NCBI GenBank assembly: GCA_965219445.1
Contig: CBDCNQ010000002.1
Coordinates: 752,830-816,829 of the forward strand
DNA from: Longimicrobiales bacterium
Lineage (GTDB): Bacteria; Gemmatimonadota; Gemmatimonadetes; Longimicrobiales; Gaopeijiaceae
DNA: 64,000 bases
Direction of reading: 5' to 3'
The notes below the pieces were generated by a model, which was not told the DNA's origin, searched no databases, and worked only from the letters and a program-made list of their open reading frames with translations. The position numbers were made by a program, and so were the translations under genes. Below, in pieces: positions 1-9,827 of this stretch; the stretch's first letter is position 1, and every line of letters starts with the position of its first letter.

Positions 1-1
1 C

Positions 2-1222
2 CAAAGCCCCGTGCCCCTGCTCACGCCGCGACGTACCACGGTACGGGCGCGCTTCACCCACCGAGAACGGCGGGAAGTTGTAGTGGAGCATGAACGACTT
101 GGTAACCTCTTCGGCGCTGTCGATCGTGTCGATTCGCTGTTCGTCGCGAGACGTCCCGAGTGTGGTGGCCACCAACGCCTGGGTCTGGCCGCGCGTAAAG
201 AGCGACGAGCCATGCGTCCGCGGTAGCACACCCACTTCCGACGTGATGGACCGTACCTCATCGAGGCCACGGCCGTCGGCTCGCTCGCCTTGATCCAGGA
301 TGCGCCGTCGCATGGAACGCTTCTCAATGGAGCGAAGAACGTCCTTGACCGCCTTCTCATGATCACTGTACGCCTCGTCCTCTTCGATCACGCGACCGAT
401 CACGTCCTCGGCTACGGCGGCCATCGCCTGGTTCCGTTCGGCCTTGTCCGACAGAGTCAGTGCCTCCTGGATCCGGCTCTCGGCCATCTCGGTCACCTTG
501 GCGGCGAGATCCTGATCCGGCTCGACCGGCGACCAATCCATGTCGGGAACCGTGTGCCCCTCCAGCAGTTCACGCTGGATGTCGATGAGCTCCTTGATGC
601 CCTCATGCGCCGTTTCGAGCCCCTCTAGGATCTCGGCCTCCGGCACCTCCACCGCGCCGCCTTCCACCATCAGAAGCGCGTCCTCGGTGCCTGCGACCAT
701 CATGTCGAGGTCGGAATACTCGAGCTGCTGGAACGTGGGATTGAGTATCCATGTACCCTTGATCCGTCCGATGCGCACGGTCGCCACTAACGTGTTGAAC
801 GGGATCTTCGACATGTTCAGCGCCACCGAGGCGCCGATCATGGCCAGCACGTCGGCCGCGTTTTCCTGATCGGTGCTGAGCACGAAGCAAGCGACCTGCG
901 TTTCGTGTTGGAATCCCGTCGGAAACAGCGGCCGAATCGGCCGATCTGTCAGGCGCGCCGACAGAACCGCATTCTCGCTCGGCCGGCCCTCGCGCTTGAA
1001 GAAGCCGCCGGGAATCTTCCCGGCCGCATAGCTCTTTTCCTGGTATTCAACGGTGAGGGGGAAGAACGGTAGGTGACTCGGGCTGTCCTGCACCGTTGCG
1101 GCACAAAGCACAACCGTGTCGCCGAATTGGACCACGCAGGACCCGTGGGCGAGCCTGGCCATGCGTCCGAACTCGAGGCTCAATGTGCGCCCCGCGAACT
1201 GGCGTTCGATTCTTTTGATCAT
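2..1222 (-). CDS. pnp: Polyribonucleotide nucleotidyltransferase (PNPase), 5' part; runs off the left edge
   Basis: Not in the ORF track. Manual translation from ATG at 1222 gives MIKRIERQFAGRTLSLEFGRMARLA...FFPLTVEYQEKSYAAGKIPGGFFKREGRP...RLTDRPIRPLFP, the PNPase RNase PH domain motifs; lies directly downstream of rpsO. Confidence 0.97.
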   Translation of the reverse strand, partial: MIKRIERQFAGRTLSLEFGRMARLAHGSCVVQFGDTVVLCAATVQDSPSHLPFFPLTVEYQEKSYAAGKIPGGFFKREGRPSENAVLSARLTDRPIRPLFPTGFQHETQVACFVLSTDQENAADVLAMIGASVALNMSKIPFNTLVATVRIGRIKGTWILNPTFQQLEYSDLDMMVAGTEDALLMVEGGAVEVPEAEILEGLETAHEGIKELIDIQRELLEGHTVPDMDWSPVEPDQDLAAKVTEMAESRIQEALTLSDKAERNQAMAAVAEDVIGRVIEEDEAYSDHEKAVKDVLRSIEKRSMRRRILDQGERADGRGLDEVRSITSEVGVLPRTHGSSLFTRGQTQALVATTLGTSRDEQRIDTIDSAEEVTKSFMLHYNFPPFSVGEARPYRGTSRREQGHGAL

Positions 1223-1457
1223 ATTCTCTTTTCTCTGCTGTCGGGCGGACGGGGACACCCCGTCGCGCACTAATGGTCCCGTCGGGGCATTCCCGATCAG
1301 GTTCCTCCAGCAGGGGTCCGAAGAGAGATCGACCGCCGCAACGGGGGGGCACGGAGTGCCCGGCCGGATGCAGCCAATTGGTTGGGCCGATTCTCCTGGC
1401 TCCTGCTGTCTTATCGAGAGCTGCGGTCAACTCGCGAGCGCCACTCCCTGTCCGACA

Positions 1458-1718
1458 CTAATGACGGAGTCCCAGATCCGCGATGATCTCACGGTATTGC
1501 TCGACGTCCGTTCGCTTCATGTACTCCAGAAGGCGTCGACGTCGGCCTACCATTTTGAGAAGGCCGCGGCGGCTGTGGTGATCCTTATTGTGCGTGTCGA
1601 AGTGTGACCGGAGGTCGTTGATGCGCGCTGTAAGAATCGCAACCTGGACGGGGGCGCTCCCGACGTCGCCGTCGTGGAGCTGGTGCTTCTTGATGATTGC
1701 TTCTCGACTGATCGTCAC
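1458..1718 (-). CDS. rpsO: 30S ribosomal protein S15
   Basis: [16 protein letters not shown]...[24 protein letters not shown]; ribF-rpsO-pnp order. Confidence 0.98.
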   Translation of the reverse strand: MTISREAIIKKHQLHDGDVGSAPVQVAILTARINDLRSHFDTHNKDHHSRRGLLKMVGRRRRLLEYMKRTDVEQYREIIADLGLRH

Positions 1719-1787
1719 TTGTTCTTTGCCTCCGCAGGAGTCTGCGCTACAAGGGAAGCCTACACTGCTCTAAATGGATAACGGCTT

Positions 1788-1816
1788 AAGCTAGCGTCGG
1801 ACCGGTGCGGCAACAA
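1788..1816 (-). promoter_or_regulatory. Putative sigma70-type promoter of rpsO-pnp
   Basis: TTGTTG-N17-TAGCTT on the minus strand, about 70 nt upstream of rpsO. Confidence 0.45.
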
Positions 1817-1848
1817 CGGCCCGGCGCTAAGGCCTCTCGAATTACCGC

Positions 1849-2802
1849 CTATTCGCCGCTGAGTGCCTCACACGCCTGTTCGACATCTTCCTTCATCTGC
1901 TCAATAAGGGCTTCGCTCGTGTCGAACGGCCGGACCTCCCTCAAGTACTTCACGAAGTCGACCCGGACCTCTTCCCCGTAAATGTCGTCCTCGAAATCCA
2001 CGAGGTGCAGCTCAATGGTCGGTGGAGACCCACGGAACGTCGGCCGGGGCCCCACATGGAGCGCACCGTCGAACGTGCCCGAGCGGACCGTCCCACGTAC
2101 GGCATAGATGCCCGTCTGGGGAACGAGCTTACCGCCCTCGCCCGCTCCCCGAACCTCGAGATTCGCCGTCGGGAAGCCCAGGGTACGGCCCCGTTGGTCA
2201 CCACGCACGACCAGGCCAAGAAGGGAGTACGGCCGGCCCAAACCCTTTCGTGCCGTCTCCACGTCCCCCTCCAGGAGGGCATTACGAATCTTCGTCGAGG
2301 AGATCGCATCGCCCTGGGAGCCGACCGGCCCAACCACATCGACGGCGAACCCAAGCTCGCGTCCGAGCACCTTGAGCGTCTCGGCGTTACCCTCGCGCCC
2401 CCTTCCGAAGTGGTGATCGTACCCCACGACCAACTCACTAACGTTCACGCGTTCCACCAGGATCTCCTCGACGAAGCGGCGGGGGCTGTACGCAGCAAGC
2501 ATGGGCGAAAACGTGAGGAACACCGCATAGTCGAGACCGGATTCGGCCAGAATTTCTTTCTTCTCCGCTGGGGTGGTCAGCATCGGTGGAGCCAACTCCG
2601 GACGAACGATTGTAAGGGGATGAGGGTGGAAGGTCACCAAGACGCTCCTTCCGCCCACCGCCTCGGCCCTGCGCCGAATCTCTGAGAGCACTTCCCAGTG
2701 GCCTCGATGTACGCCATCGAACGTCCCGATGGTGACCACCGTCTTTCGGCCGTCCCTGGGGAGACCAGACGGGAGTGTCGGGTCGATGGCGTGAACCCTC
2801 AT
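1849..2802 (-). CDS. ribF: Bifunctional riboflavin kinase/FAD synthetase
   Basis: GTFDGVHRGH, ISSTKIR and GRTLGFPTAN motifs. Confidence 0.97.
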   Translation of the reverse strand: MRVHAIDPTLPSGLPRDGRKTVVTIGTFDGVHRGHWEVLSEIRRRAEAVGGRSVLVTFHPHPLTIVRPELAPPMLTTPAEKKEILAESGLDYAVFLTFSPMLAAYSPRRFVEEILVERVNVSELVVGYDHHFGRGREGNAETLKVLGRELGFAVDVVGPVGSQGDAISSTKIRNALLEGDVETARKGLGRPYSLLGLVVRGDQRGRTLGFPTANLEVRGAGEGGKLVPQTGIYAVRGTVRSGTFDGALHVGPRPTFRGSPPTIELHLVDFEDDIYGEEVRVDFVKYLREVRPFDTSEALIEQMKEDVEQACEALSGE

Positions 2803-3725
2803 CGGTCGGCACGTGTCGTGAGTATCTTTTTCGGCGCGAGGCGTCCGTTCCGGATCTCGGCGATCCCGACCAGGCCCGCCTCATCCATCACGGCGATGGG
2901 TCTTCCAGTCTCCGGCTCGGCCTCTCCGGACCATGGGATCGCTCCTCCCTGACGAAGGCATAGCGCGGCGTCTGCCTCCACTCGAATCATTGTCAAGTGA
3001 CCCACCACGGCGGCCGGCTCGACCCAATGGGACGGATCCGGGGACAGGCCCTCTCGGAGGACGTCACCGGGCACTGCACGATCCACCGAGAACGTGCCAA
3101 CGGCCGTTCGGCGAAGCGCCGTGAGATGGGCCCCAACCTCTAACCGATCGCCAAGGTCTCTCGCTAGCGCTCGGACGTAAGTGCCGCTCGAGCAGGTCAC
3201 CGTGAAACCGATTTCAGGAGGAGCATAGTCGGTCATCCGAATCTCGAAAATCTCCACATCGACGGGCGGGAGCTGAACGATATCGCCTCGACGAGCCCTT
3301 TTGTACATCCTCTCCCCCCCTACTTTCTTCGCCGAGAATTGTGGGGGGACCTGTTGGCCGCTTCCCTCGAAGGTGGCCAATTCGGCTTCAACCTGCTCTT
3401 CGGTCGGCTCCACTCCGGAATCGTGAACGCGCACCGTTGTACCCTCGGCGTCATGTGTGTCCGTGCAGATCCCCAGGCGCGCTCGGGCCTCATATTTCTT
3501 GGAAAGCGTGGACAGATACTCGGAAAGGCGCGTCACGGGGCCGACCAGCAAGACCAGGAGTCCGGAAGCGAAAGGATCCAGCGTCCCCGTGTGGCCGATC
3601 CTCCCTACGCCCAGCGATCTCCGAGCCCACCTCACGACGTCATGTGAAGTCGGTCCCTCGGGCTTGTCCACCAGAAGGGCTCCACCGCCCTCGGGCACGC
3701 CGGCCCCCACCCCATCAGGCGTCAC
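2799..3725 (-). CDS. truB: tRNA pseudouridine(55) synthase
   Basis: LVDKPEGPTSHDVV, GHTGTLDPFASG, CSSGTYVRALARDLG. Confidence 0.97.
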   Translation of the reverse strand: MTPDGVGAGVPEGGGALLVDKPEGPTSHDVVRWARRSLGVGRIGHTGTLDPFASGLLVLLVGPVTRLSEYLSTLSKKYEARARLGICTDTHDAEGTTVRVHDSGVEPTEEQVEAELATFEGSGQQVPPQFSAKKVGGERMYKRARRGDIVQLPPVDVEIFEIRMTDYAPPEIGFTVTCSSGTYVRALARDLGDRLEVGAHLTALRRTAVGTFSVDRAVPGDVLREGLSPDPSHWVEPAAVVGHLTMIRVEADAALCLRQGGAIPWSGEAEPETGRPIAVMDEAGLVGIAEIRNGRLAPKKILTTRADR

Positions 3726-4143
3726 CCGGTTCCTCCGTGCCGCCCTCGGCGGGATCCCGCGAATCGCCCGCCCCGTCGTCCTCTTCGCCTCCCCCCCCGT
3801 CGAGTCCTTTCAGAATCTCCTCGATGCGGGTGGCCTGAGCGTGCGTCCTGTCCTCCAAGAAACGCAACTCCGGGATTCGGCGGATGTGCAGTACGCCAGC
3901 GAGCTCCCGTCGAATGAAGTTCGCCGCAGCTTCGAGGCCCTGAAGCGCCTCGCGGCGCTCCCGGTCCTCATCCCCGACACGCACATAAACGCGGGCCAGC
4001 CAGAGGTCCGAGGTAACGTCAACCGAGTTCACGACCACGTCCTGGACCCGGGGATCACGAACCGCCCGGCGTAGTATCGCCGTAATTTCCCGACGGAACT
4101 GCTCGTTCAACCGGGCGAGTCGTCGATTCGGTTTGTCCATCAT
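3715..4143 (-). CDS. rbfA: 30S ribosome-binding factor A
   Basis: RRLARLNEQFRREI...DPRV...RRIPELRF; lies between infB and truB. Confidence 0.95.
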   Translation of the reverse strand: MMDKPNRRLARLNEQFRREITAILRRAVRDPRVQDVVVNSVDVTSDLWLARVYVRVGDEDRERREALQGLEAAANFIRRELAGVLHIRRIPELRFLEDRTHAQATRIEEILKGLDGGGGEEDDGAGDSRDPAEGGTEEPGDA

Positions 4144-4194
4144 GTGAGTGTGGTGGTTCGCGACTCTGGAAGGGTGATCGTGCGCATGGAGGAA

Positions 4195-4476
4195 TCAGTA
4201 GCGCTCCTTGCGGGCAGAGAGAATCACCACCCGGTGCTCACCCTCGATAAATTGATCCAACTTGTCGAGAACGGAGTCGGCCGAAGCGCCGTCCGTGGTT
4301 ACGATCGCGACTGAGAGCTGGGCGCGGGTCCACACTTCTTGGTAGGCCGTTTCCGCGACGGAGACGTTGAATCGTCCCCGGATTCGATCCTTCAGCGACT
4401 TGACGACCCTCCGCTTGTCCTTGAGGGAGCTACACTCCGGAAGTGAGAGATCCCAGGAGCACCCGGAAACGAGCAC
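4195..4476 (-). CDS. DUF503 (YlxP-like) protein
   Basis: SLKDKRRVVKSLKDRIRGRFNVSVAE signature; typical position between infB and rbfA. Confidence 0.9.
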   Translation of the reverse strand: MLVSGCSWDLSLPECSSLKDKRRVVKSLKDRIRGRFNVSVAETAYQEVWTRAQLSVAIVTTDGASADSVLDKLDQFIEGEHRVVILSARKERY

Positions 4477-4485
4477 GCCGTCTCT

Positions 4486-7164
4486 CTAAGCCGTCGCCCC
4501 TTCGAGCGTCCTCGCCACCTCTTGGACGCTGTAGCTCTCGATTACATCGCCCACTTTGATGTCGTTGAAGTTGGCGATGCCGATGCCACACTCGAGGCCC
4601 TCGCGAACCTCCTTTACGTCGTCCTTGAAGCGCTTCAAGGAAGAAACCTCCCCTTCGTAGATGACGATGCCGTCGCGTATCAACCGCACGCCCGATTTCC
4701 GGTCGACGACACCGTCGACGACTTCGGAGCCCGCAATCGTGCCCACCTTCGTAATCTTGAAGACCTGGCGAACCTCCGCAGATCCGTTGATCTGCTCTTT
4801 GCGCTCAGGAGCCAGCATGCCCTCAAGGACAGAGCGAATTTCGTCGACACCCTCGTAGATTACGTCGTAGATACGGATGTCGACGCCGTCCCGCTCAGCG
4901 TTCTTGCGCGCATTCGTGTTCGGGCGGACACGGAACCCGAGGATGACGGCACCGGAGGTCCCGGCGAGCAACACGTCCTCCTCGTTGATCGCACCCACCG
5001 CCCGGTGAACGATATGGACTTGAACTTCTTTGGTACCGAGGTGCTCCAGAGCATCAGAGAACGCCTGCACGGAGCCGTCAACATCCGCCTTGATGATGAG
5101 CGGTAGCGTATCTGCAGTCCCTTCAGCCACCATGCCAGAGAAGTCGCCGAGCTTGACCCCACGCTCCTTGATGCGAAGCTGCTTCTCCCGATCCAGGCGC
5201 ATCCGGCTCTCGGCGATCTCGCTCGCCCTTTCGGCGGTCATGACCTGGAATGTGTCTCCGGCCTGAGGAACGCCGGCCGTCCCGAGAATTTGCACCGGAA
5301 TGCCCGGTCCCGCTTCGTCCAGTTTATTCCCACGCTCATCCAAGATCGCACGAACCCGACCCTCGAAGTTACCGACGACGAAGGCGTCGCCTACGCGAAG
5401 CGTACCCTTCGTGATCAGGACCGAAACAACCGAGCCCTTTCCTACATCCAACTGAGCCTCGATCACTGTTCCCATGGCAGGTCGGTCGGGGTTCGCTTGC
5501 AGCTCCAACAACTCGGCCTGGAGCAAGATCTTTTCCAGAAGCTCATCGATCGCCTCCCCTGTCTTGGCCGAGATATCCGCGCTCAATACGTCCCCACCGA
5601 ACTCCTCGACCTGGACGTCCTGCTGAAGAAGCTCCTGCTTCACCTTGAGCGGATCGGCCGCAGGGAGGTCGCACTTGTTTACTGCGACGATAATCGGTAC
5701 GCCCGCGTTCCGAGCGTGGCTGATCGCTTCCTTGGTCTGTGGCATGACCGAGTCGTCCGCGGCCACCACTAGAATCACAATGTCGGTGATCTCCGCGCCT
5801 CGGGCTCGCATGGCCGTAAAGGCGGAGTGACCCGGCGTATCCAGGAACGTGATCATACGGCCGTCGTCCAGGTCGACGTGGTAGGCTCCGATGTGTTGTG
5901 TGATACCGCCCGACTCGCCGGCCACGACATTGGACTCCCGGATCGAATCCAGGAGGAGCGTCTTCCCGTGGTCGACGTGCCCCATCACGGTCACGACGGG
6001 CGACCGGGGTCTCAGAGCTCCCTCGGCGTCCACGTCTTCGACCGTGTCCTCGTGATGGCCGTACTCCTCCTCGCGAATCGCCGTGCACCCGAACTCATCG
6101 AGGAGCAGTTCAATCTGGGGAAAGTCGAGGCGCTGATTGATCGTCACCATGAGCCCCAGGTTCTTGAATGCGGACCCGATGATCTCCATAGGGGACGCCT
6201 CGACGAGGTCGGACAACTCCGATACGGTCAAGAATTCGTTCACCCGAACGATCTTCCGCTCGCGCTCCTCTTCCTGACGGGCCTCCTCCTCCGCTGCCTC
6301 GCGCTCCTCCTTGGACGGCGCAGAACCCTTCCGGCGGCGCTTCTTCCCTCCGCCCTTGAGCTGCGCCATCACTCGCTGGATGTTCTCCTGCACGGCGCTC
6401 TGGTCCACGCGTTGGCGCTTCTTGCCCTTCTTCTGCCGTTGGCTCCGCTGGCCATCTGGAGTGTACCCCTCCGCCTGGACGCGGACCTGTCCGGCCGTTC
6501 CAGAGGAAGCCGCGGGCTTGGGACGGCGAATCACCCGGGCTGGTCCCTCGGGTGCAGCTTGCCGTGCCGGCTCCGGGCGTTGCCGCGGCGGGGCTTCGGG
6601 AGTGGGTTCAAGAGATGCTGCAACGAGTGCCTCCTCTTCCGCCTGCCTTTCGGCCTCTTCTTCCGCCTCTACTTCAGGTTCTAAATCGAGAGCAGGCTCC
6701 TCAGGAACGACGGAAGTACCGGCATCGATATCGAGTTCTGGAGCAGCCTCGTCCTCTACGTCCACAGCCACCGGCTCAGGCTCCAGCGCCTCAGCGGGCT
6801 CCTCCTCGGTCTCCGTGGCGCTCGCTGCCACTTCCACCTCTTCGGATGCGTCGACCTCTTCGGCCGAGTCGACTACCTCGGGGGTTTCAGGTTCAGGCTC
6901 GGGCTCCGGAGGTAACTCGCTCTTGCGACGCCGGCGGCGCTTTCCCGCGGACGGCTTGGCGTCGACGATGGCGGCCTCGATCGCATCTGCCGTAGACGGG
7001 TGCCCACTCCGCCGCTCACGCTCTAGGCGAGCGAGAATGAGAGCGACATCGCCCCCACTGATCAGAGCGTCCTGGTTCGTGGCGGAAATCCGCAATGAGC
7101 GCAGGAGGCCCAGCAATACCTTCGGCGAAACCCCGAGGTCGGTGGCTAATTCTTCAACCCGCAT
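4486..7164 (-). CDS. infB: Translation initiation factor IF-2
   Basis: [13 protein letters not shown] and NKCD G-domain motifs; C-terminal [12 protein letters not shown]...ECGI. Confidence 0.99.
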   Translation of the reverse strand: MRVEELATDLGVSPKVLLGLLRSLRISATNQDALISGGDVALILARLERERRSGHPSTADAIEAAIVDAKPSAGKRRRRRKSELPPEPEPEPETPEVVDSAEEVDASEEVEVAASATETEEEPAEALEPEPVAVDVEDEAAPELDIDAGTSVVPEEPALDLEPEVEAEEEAERQAEEEALVAASLEPTPEAPPRQRPEPARQAAPEGPARVIRRPKPAASSGTAGQVRVQAEGYTPDGQRSQRQKKGKKRQRVDQSAVQENIQRVMAQLKGGGKKRRRKGSAPSKEEREAAEEEARQEEERERKIVRVNEFLTVSELSDLVEASPMEIIGSAFKNLGLMVTINQRLDFPQIELLLDEFGCTAIREEEYGHHEDTVEDVDAEGALRPRSPVVTVMGHVDHGKTLLLDSIRESNVVAGESGGITQHIGAYHVDLDDGRMITFLDTPGHSAFTAMRARGAEITDIVILVVAADDSVMPQTKEAISHARNAGVPIIVAVNKCDLPAADPLKVKQELLQQDVQVEEFGGDVLSADISAKTGEAIDELLEKILLQAELLELQANPDRPAMGTVIEAQLDVGKGSVVSVLITKGTLRVGDAFVVGNFEGRVRAILDERGNKLDEAGPGIPVQILGTAGVPQAGDTFQVMTAERASEIAESRMRLDREKQLRIKERGVKLGDFSGMVAEGTADTLPLIIKADVDGSVQAFSDALEHLGTKEVQVHIVHRAVGAINEEDVLLAGTSGAVILGFRVRPNTNARKNAERDGVDIRIYDVIYEGVDEIRSVLEGMLAPERKEQINGSAEVRQVFKITKVGTIAGSEVVDGVVDRKSGVRLIRDGIVIYEGEVSSLKRFKDDVKEVREGLECGIGIANFNDIKVGDVIESYSVQEVARTLEGATA

Positions 7165-7173
7165 GCGCTTCGT

Positions 7174-7509
7174 CTACCTCCGCGTCCTGTTCTCGACCGG
7201 TATTTCCGGCTCTACAACGAGCCGGGCTACCAACTCCTTCGCGAACTGGTCATCCGTGACAGCTACCGCAGAAACCGGCGCCGATCCCACGGCCATGCCC
7301 AATGCCTCCCGCGTCCCGAGGGTCGCGCGAGGCGTCGTCCCGTGACTCAAAAGCTTCATCACCTTGTCTCGTTGCCTTTCAGAGGCGTCCTGCGCGAACA
7401 GAATCAACCGAGCGCGGCCCTCCTTGAGCGCGCGCCTCGTCGACCCGGTCCCGTACGCAAGCGCCCCAGCACGTCGAGCCATCCCGAGAAGGGCCAAGGG
7501 GTCACGCAT
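7174..7509 (-). CDS. L7Ae/L30e family RNA-binding protein (YlxQ-like)
   Basis: MRDPLALLGMARRAGAL...LILFAQDAS...LGMAVG; ATG at 7509 overlaps the nusA stop, so the ORF-track start at 7587 is probably too long. Confidence 0.88.
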   Translation of the reverse strand: MRDPLALLGMARRAGALAYGTGSTRRALKEGRARLILFAQDASERQRDKVMKLLSHGTTPRATLGTREALGMAVGSAPVSAVAVTDDQFAKELVARLVVEPEIPVENRTRR

Positions 7510-9106
7510 GTGCCTCGTTCTCGTCTTCTGAGGTGGCAGCTTCCTCGACGTCGGCGTCCTCCCCCACCTCGGTATCCGCCTCGGCAAGCACCTCCGCTTC
7601 GGTATCAGCCTCTGCCAGGACCTCGACTTCGCTATCAGCCTCTGCCAGGACCTCCGCTTCGCTATCAGCCTCGGTCAGTATTTCCGCCTCTACCGGATCC
7701 TCAACGTCCACCTCGCCGGCTCCTTCGACCTCGGCGGGGGCAGCCTCCTCGGCCTCGCCAACCTCCCCAAGCCCATCCACCCCGGCGGTGTCCGCCGCTT
7801 CGGCAGCATCCTCGGTGACGACCGTCAACTCATCGATCAACTCCAGCAATTTGTCGGCCTCCTTTTCTCCCAGGCCTTCGATGGCTAAGAACGCGGCACG
7901 GTCGAATTCGATAATCTGCAAAAACGTAGTATATCCAGCGCTCTCCAGGGCCGTCAGAGTCTCCGGCGTCAGATCCAGCTCAGCGAGCGCAAAGTCGGAC
8001 GTCTCGTAGGCCTCGTCGTCCGACTCCCGCTTGAACAGAGACAGATCGGCGCCGAGCTCCAGCCACTCGCGGGATCCGTACAGATCGATCTGCCATCCGA
8101 TGAGCTGCGAAGCGAGCCTCACGTTTTGTCCGTTTCGGCCGATCGCCAGAGACAGTTGATCCTCGTCGACGATGGCCGTGATCACCTGGCGTTCCGGATC
8201 GCTCATGACTTTCGAGACACGAGCAGGCGCAAGAGCCCGCCGCGCAAAGACCTCCGGCTCGGCATGCCAGGGAACGATGTCGATGCGCTCTCCGCCCAGC
8301 TCCTGAACCACAGCCTGGACCCTGGACCCCCGCAAGCCCACACAGGCGCCCACCGGATCGATCGATTCGTCACGGCTGTAGACGGCGATCTTGGTTCTCC
8401 CGCCGACTTCGCGCGCGATTTCCTTGATGTCGACAATGCCCTGATGGATCTCCGGCACTTCGAGATAGAAAAGCGCACCCACGAAGATCGGAGCCGCCCT
8501 CGAAAGGACAAGACGGGGTCCCTTGGGCGTCTCTTCCATTTTCTTGAGGACACAACGGATTGGATCGCCCTGCCTGAAGCGCTCGCGAGGATTCTGTTCC
8601 TTCCATGGAATGACAGCATCGGCCTCGGGGGAGCGGTTGAGCATCACGACGATCTTGCCTCGCTCGATCTGCTGGACTTCGCCCGACAGGAGCTCACCCA
8701 CACGATCCGCGTACTCGTCCCGAATCCGGTCGCGCTCGTTCTCGCGAACCCGCTGCACGATGCGCTGCTTCACCGCCATCACCGCGTTTCGGCCGAAATC
8801 TTCGAAGTCGACCGGAATTTCCATCACATCCCCGACCTGGAAGCCCTCATCGTCCCAGCGGGCCTCTTCGAGGCTGATCTCGGACGACGGATCCTCGACC
8901 TCTTCCACCACACGGCGAAGTACCACGATGCCCAATCCACCGGAGACGTCGTCGATGGTGATCTCAGCCTGCACGTTGGGACCATGTATCCGAGATAAGC
9001 CTGCCATGATGCCGTCCCTAAGGAGGTCGTTCACCTCGTCGGGCGACAGGCTTTTCGTAGAAGCGACGTCGTTGAACGCCGCGATGATCTGTCCGGCATC
9101 AATCAT
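7502..9106 (-). CDS. nusA: Transcription termination/antitermination factor NusA with long acidic C-terminal tail
   Basis: FGRNAVMAVKQ, S1 domain, IDPVGACVGLRGSRVQAV, LSLAIGRNGQNVRLA KH motifs. Confidence 0.98.
   Translation of the reverse strand: MIDAGQIIAAFNDVASTKSLSPDEVNDLLRDGIMAGLSRIHGPNVQAEITIDDVSGGLGIVVLRRVVEEVEDPSSEISLEEARWDDEGFQVGDVMEIPVDFEDFGRNAVMAVKQRIVQRVRENERDRIRDEYADRVGELLSGEVQQIERGKIVVMLNRSPEADAVIPWKEQNPRERFRQGDPIRCVLKKMEETPKGPRLVLSRAAPIFVGALFYLEVPEIHQGIVDIKEIAREVGGRTKIAVYSRDESIDPVGACVGLRGSRVQAVVQELGGERIDIVPWHAEPEVFARRALAPARVSKVMSDPERQVITAIVDEDQLSLAIGRNGQNVRLASQLIGWQIDLYGSREWLELGADLSLFKRESDDEAYETSDFALAELDLTPETLTALESAGYTTFLQIIEFDRAAFLAIEGLGEKEADKLLELIDELTVVTEDAAEAADTAGVDGLGEVGEAEEAAPAEVEGAGEVDVEDPVEAEILTEADSEAEVLAEADSEVEVLAEADTEAEVLAEADTEVGEDADVEEAATSEDENEAHA
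7571..7690. repeat. 4 x 30-bp in-frame tandem repeat in the nusA 3' end
   Basis: Units at 7571, 7601, 7631 and 7661 (e.g. gctatcagcctctgccaggacctccgcttc) encode EAEILTEADS/EAEVLAEADS/EVEVLAEADT/EAEVLAEADT. Confidence 0.93.
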
Positions 9107-9127
9107 GATGCCCTCAGCACTGAGCTT

Positions 9128-9613
9128 TCATTTCCATTTGAACAGAAGGTGGGCTCCCTTGATATCCGTCAGGGGCACACCTACCTCTGCACCATCTCCC
9201 AACCGGAGTCGAACCGTCGGCTCCGACGCCGAGTCCAACCCCAACAACTCCGCCTCGAGCCGGGACGAGCGCTCCGCGAGCACGCCGTAACCCTCGATGA
9301 CGACCGGATTGCCCGCAAACCGCTCCCAATCCCGCGGCCGCGTCAACGGCCGCTCGATACCCGGCGACGAGACCTCCAACACATACCGTTCTGGTATCCC
9401 GTCATGCTCGTCCAGCCAACTCTCCAACGCACGGCTCACACGGGCGCAATCATCGACCGTGACGGGAGGATCACCCATCGGACTCCGCTCAATACGGAGC
9501 CGGATGATCGGCCTATTCCGACTACCCGCCCAATCCATCGAAACAAGATCGATCCCCAGATCCAGGAGGCGGTCCTCCGCCTCACGCTCAATCTCTGGCC
9601 TCGATGGAGCCAT
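9128..9613 (-). CDS. rimP: Ribosome maturation factor RimP
   Basis: VTVDDCARVSRAL...YVLEVSSPGIERPL; first gene of the nusA operon. Confidence 0.96.
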   Translation of the reverse strand: MAPSRPEIEREAEDRLLDLGIDLVSMDWAGSRNRPIIRLRIERSPMGDPPVTVDDCARVSRALESWLDEHDGIPERYVLEVSSPGIERPLTRPRDWERFAGNPVVIEGYGVLAERSSRLEAELLGLDSASEPTVRLRLGDGAEVGVPLTDIKGAHLLFKWK

Positions 9614-9654
9614 GCTCCCTCCACCCCGGGGCGCGATATGAACCCCCCGAGAAC

Positions 9655-9685
9655 AAAAAAGCGGGGGCGGACAACTCCCCCACTT
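9655..9685 (-). terminator. Intrinsic terminator (attenuator) in the rimP-nusA 5' leader
   Basis: Minus strand AAGUGGGGG-loop-CCCCCGCUU followed by a U-tract, between the promoter and the rimP start. Confidence 0.75.
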
Positions 9686-9724
9686 AGAAAATTGCCGCCC
9701 CTTCGGGCGGCACTATCAAAGCGT

Positions 9725-9753
9725 AATATAGACGCAACGTCTTTTCTTTTCAA
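9725..9753 (-). promoter_or_regulatory. sigma70-type promoter of the rimP-nusA-infB operon
   Basis: TTGAAA-N17-TATATT in an AT-rich patch. Confidence 0.8.
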
Positions 9754-9827
9754 GACTTCGGCGGCCCCCAACCCGGATTCCTCAGACGTCCATGGGCCCT
9801 CCGGCCCCTCGGTCGATAATCCGTGGA

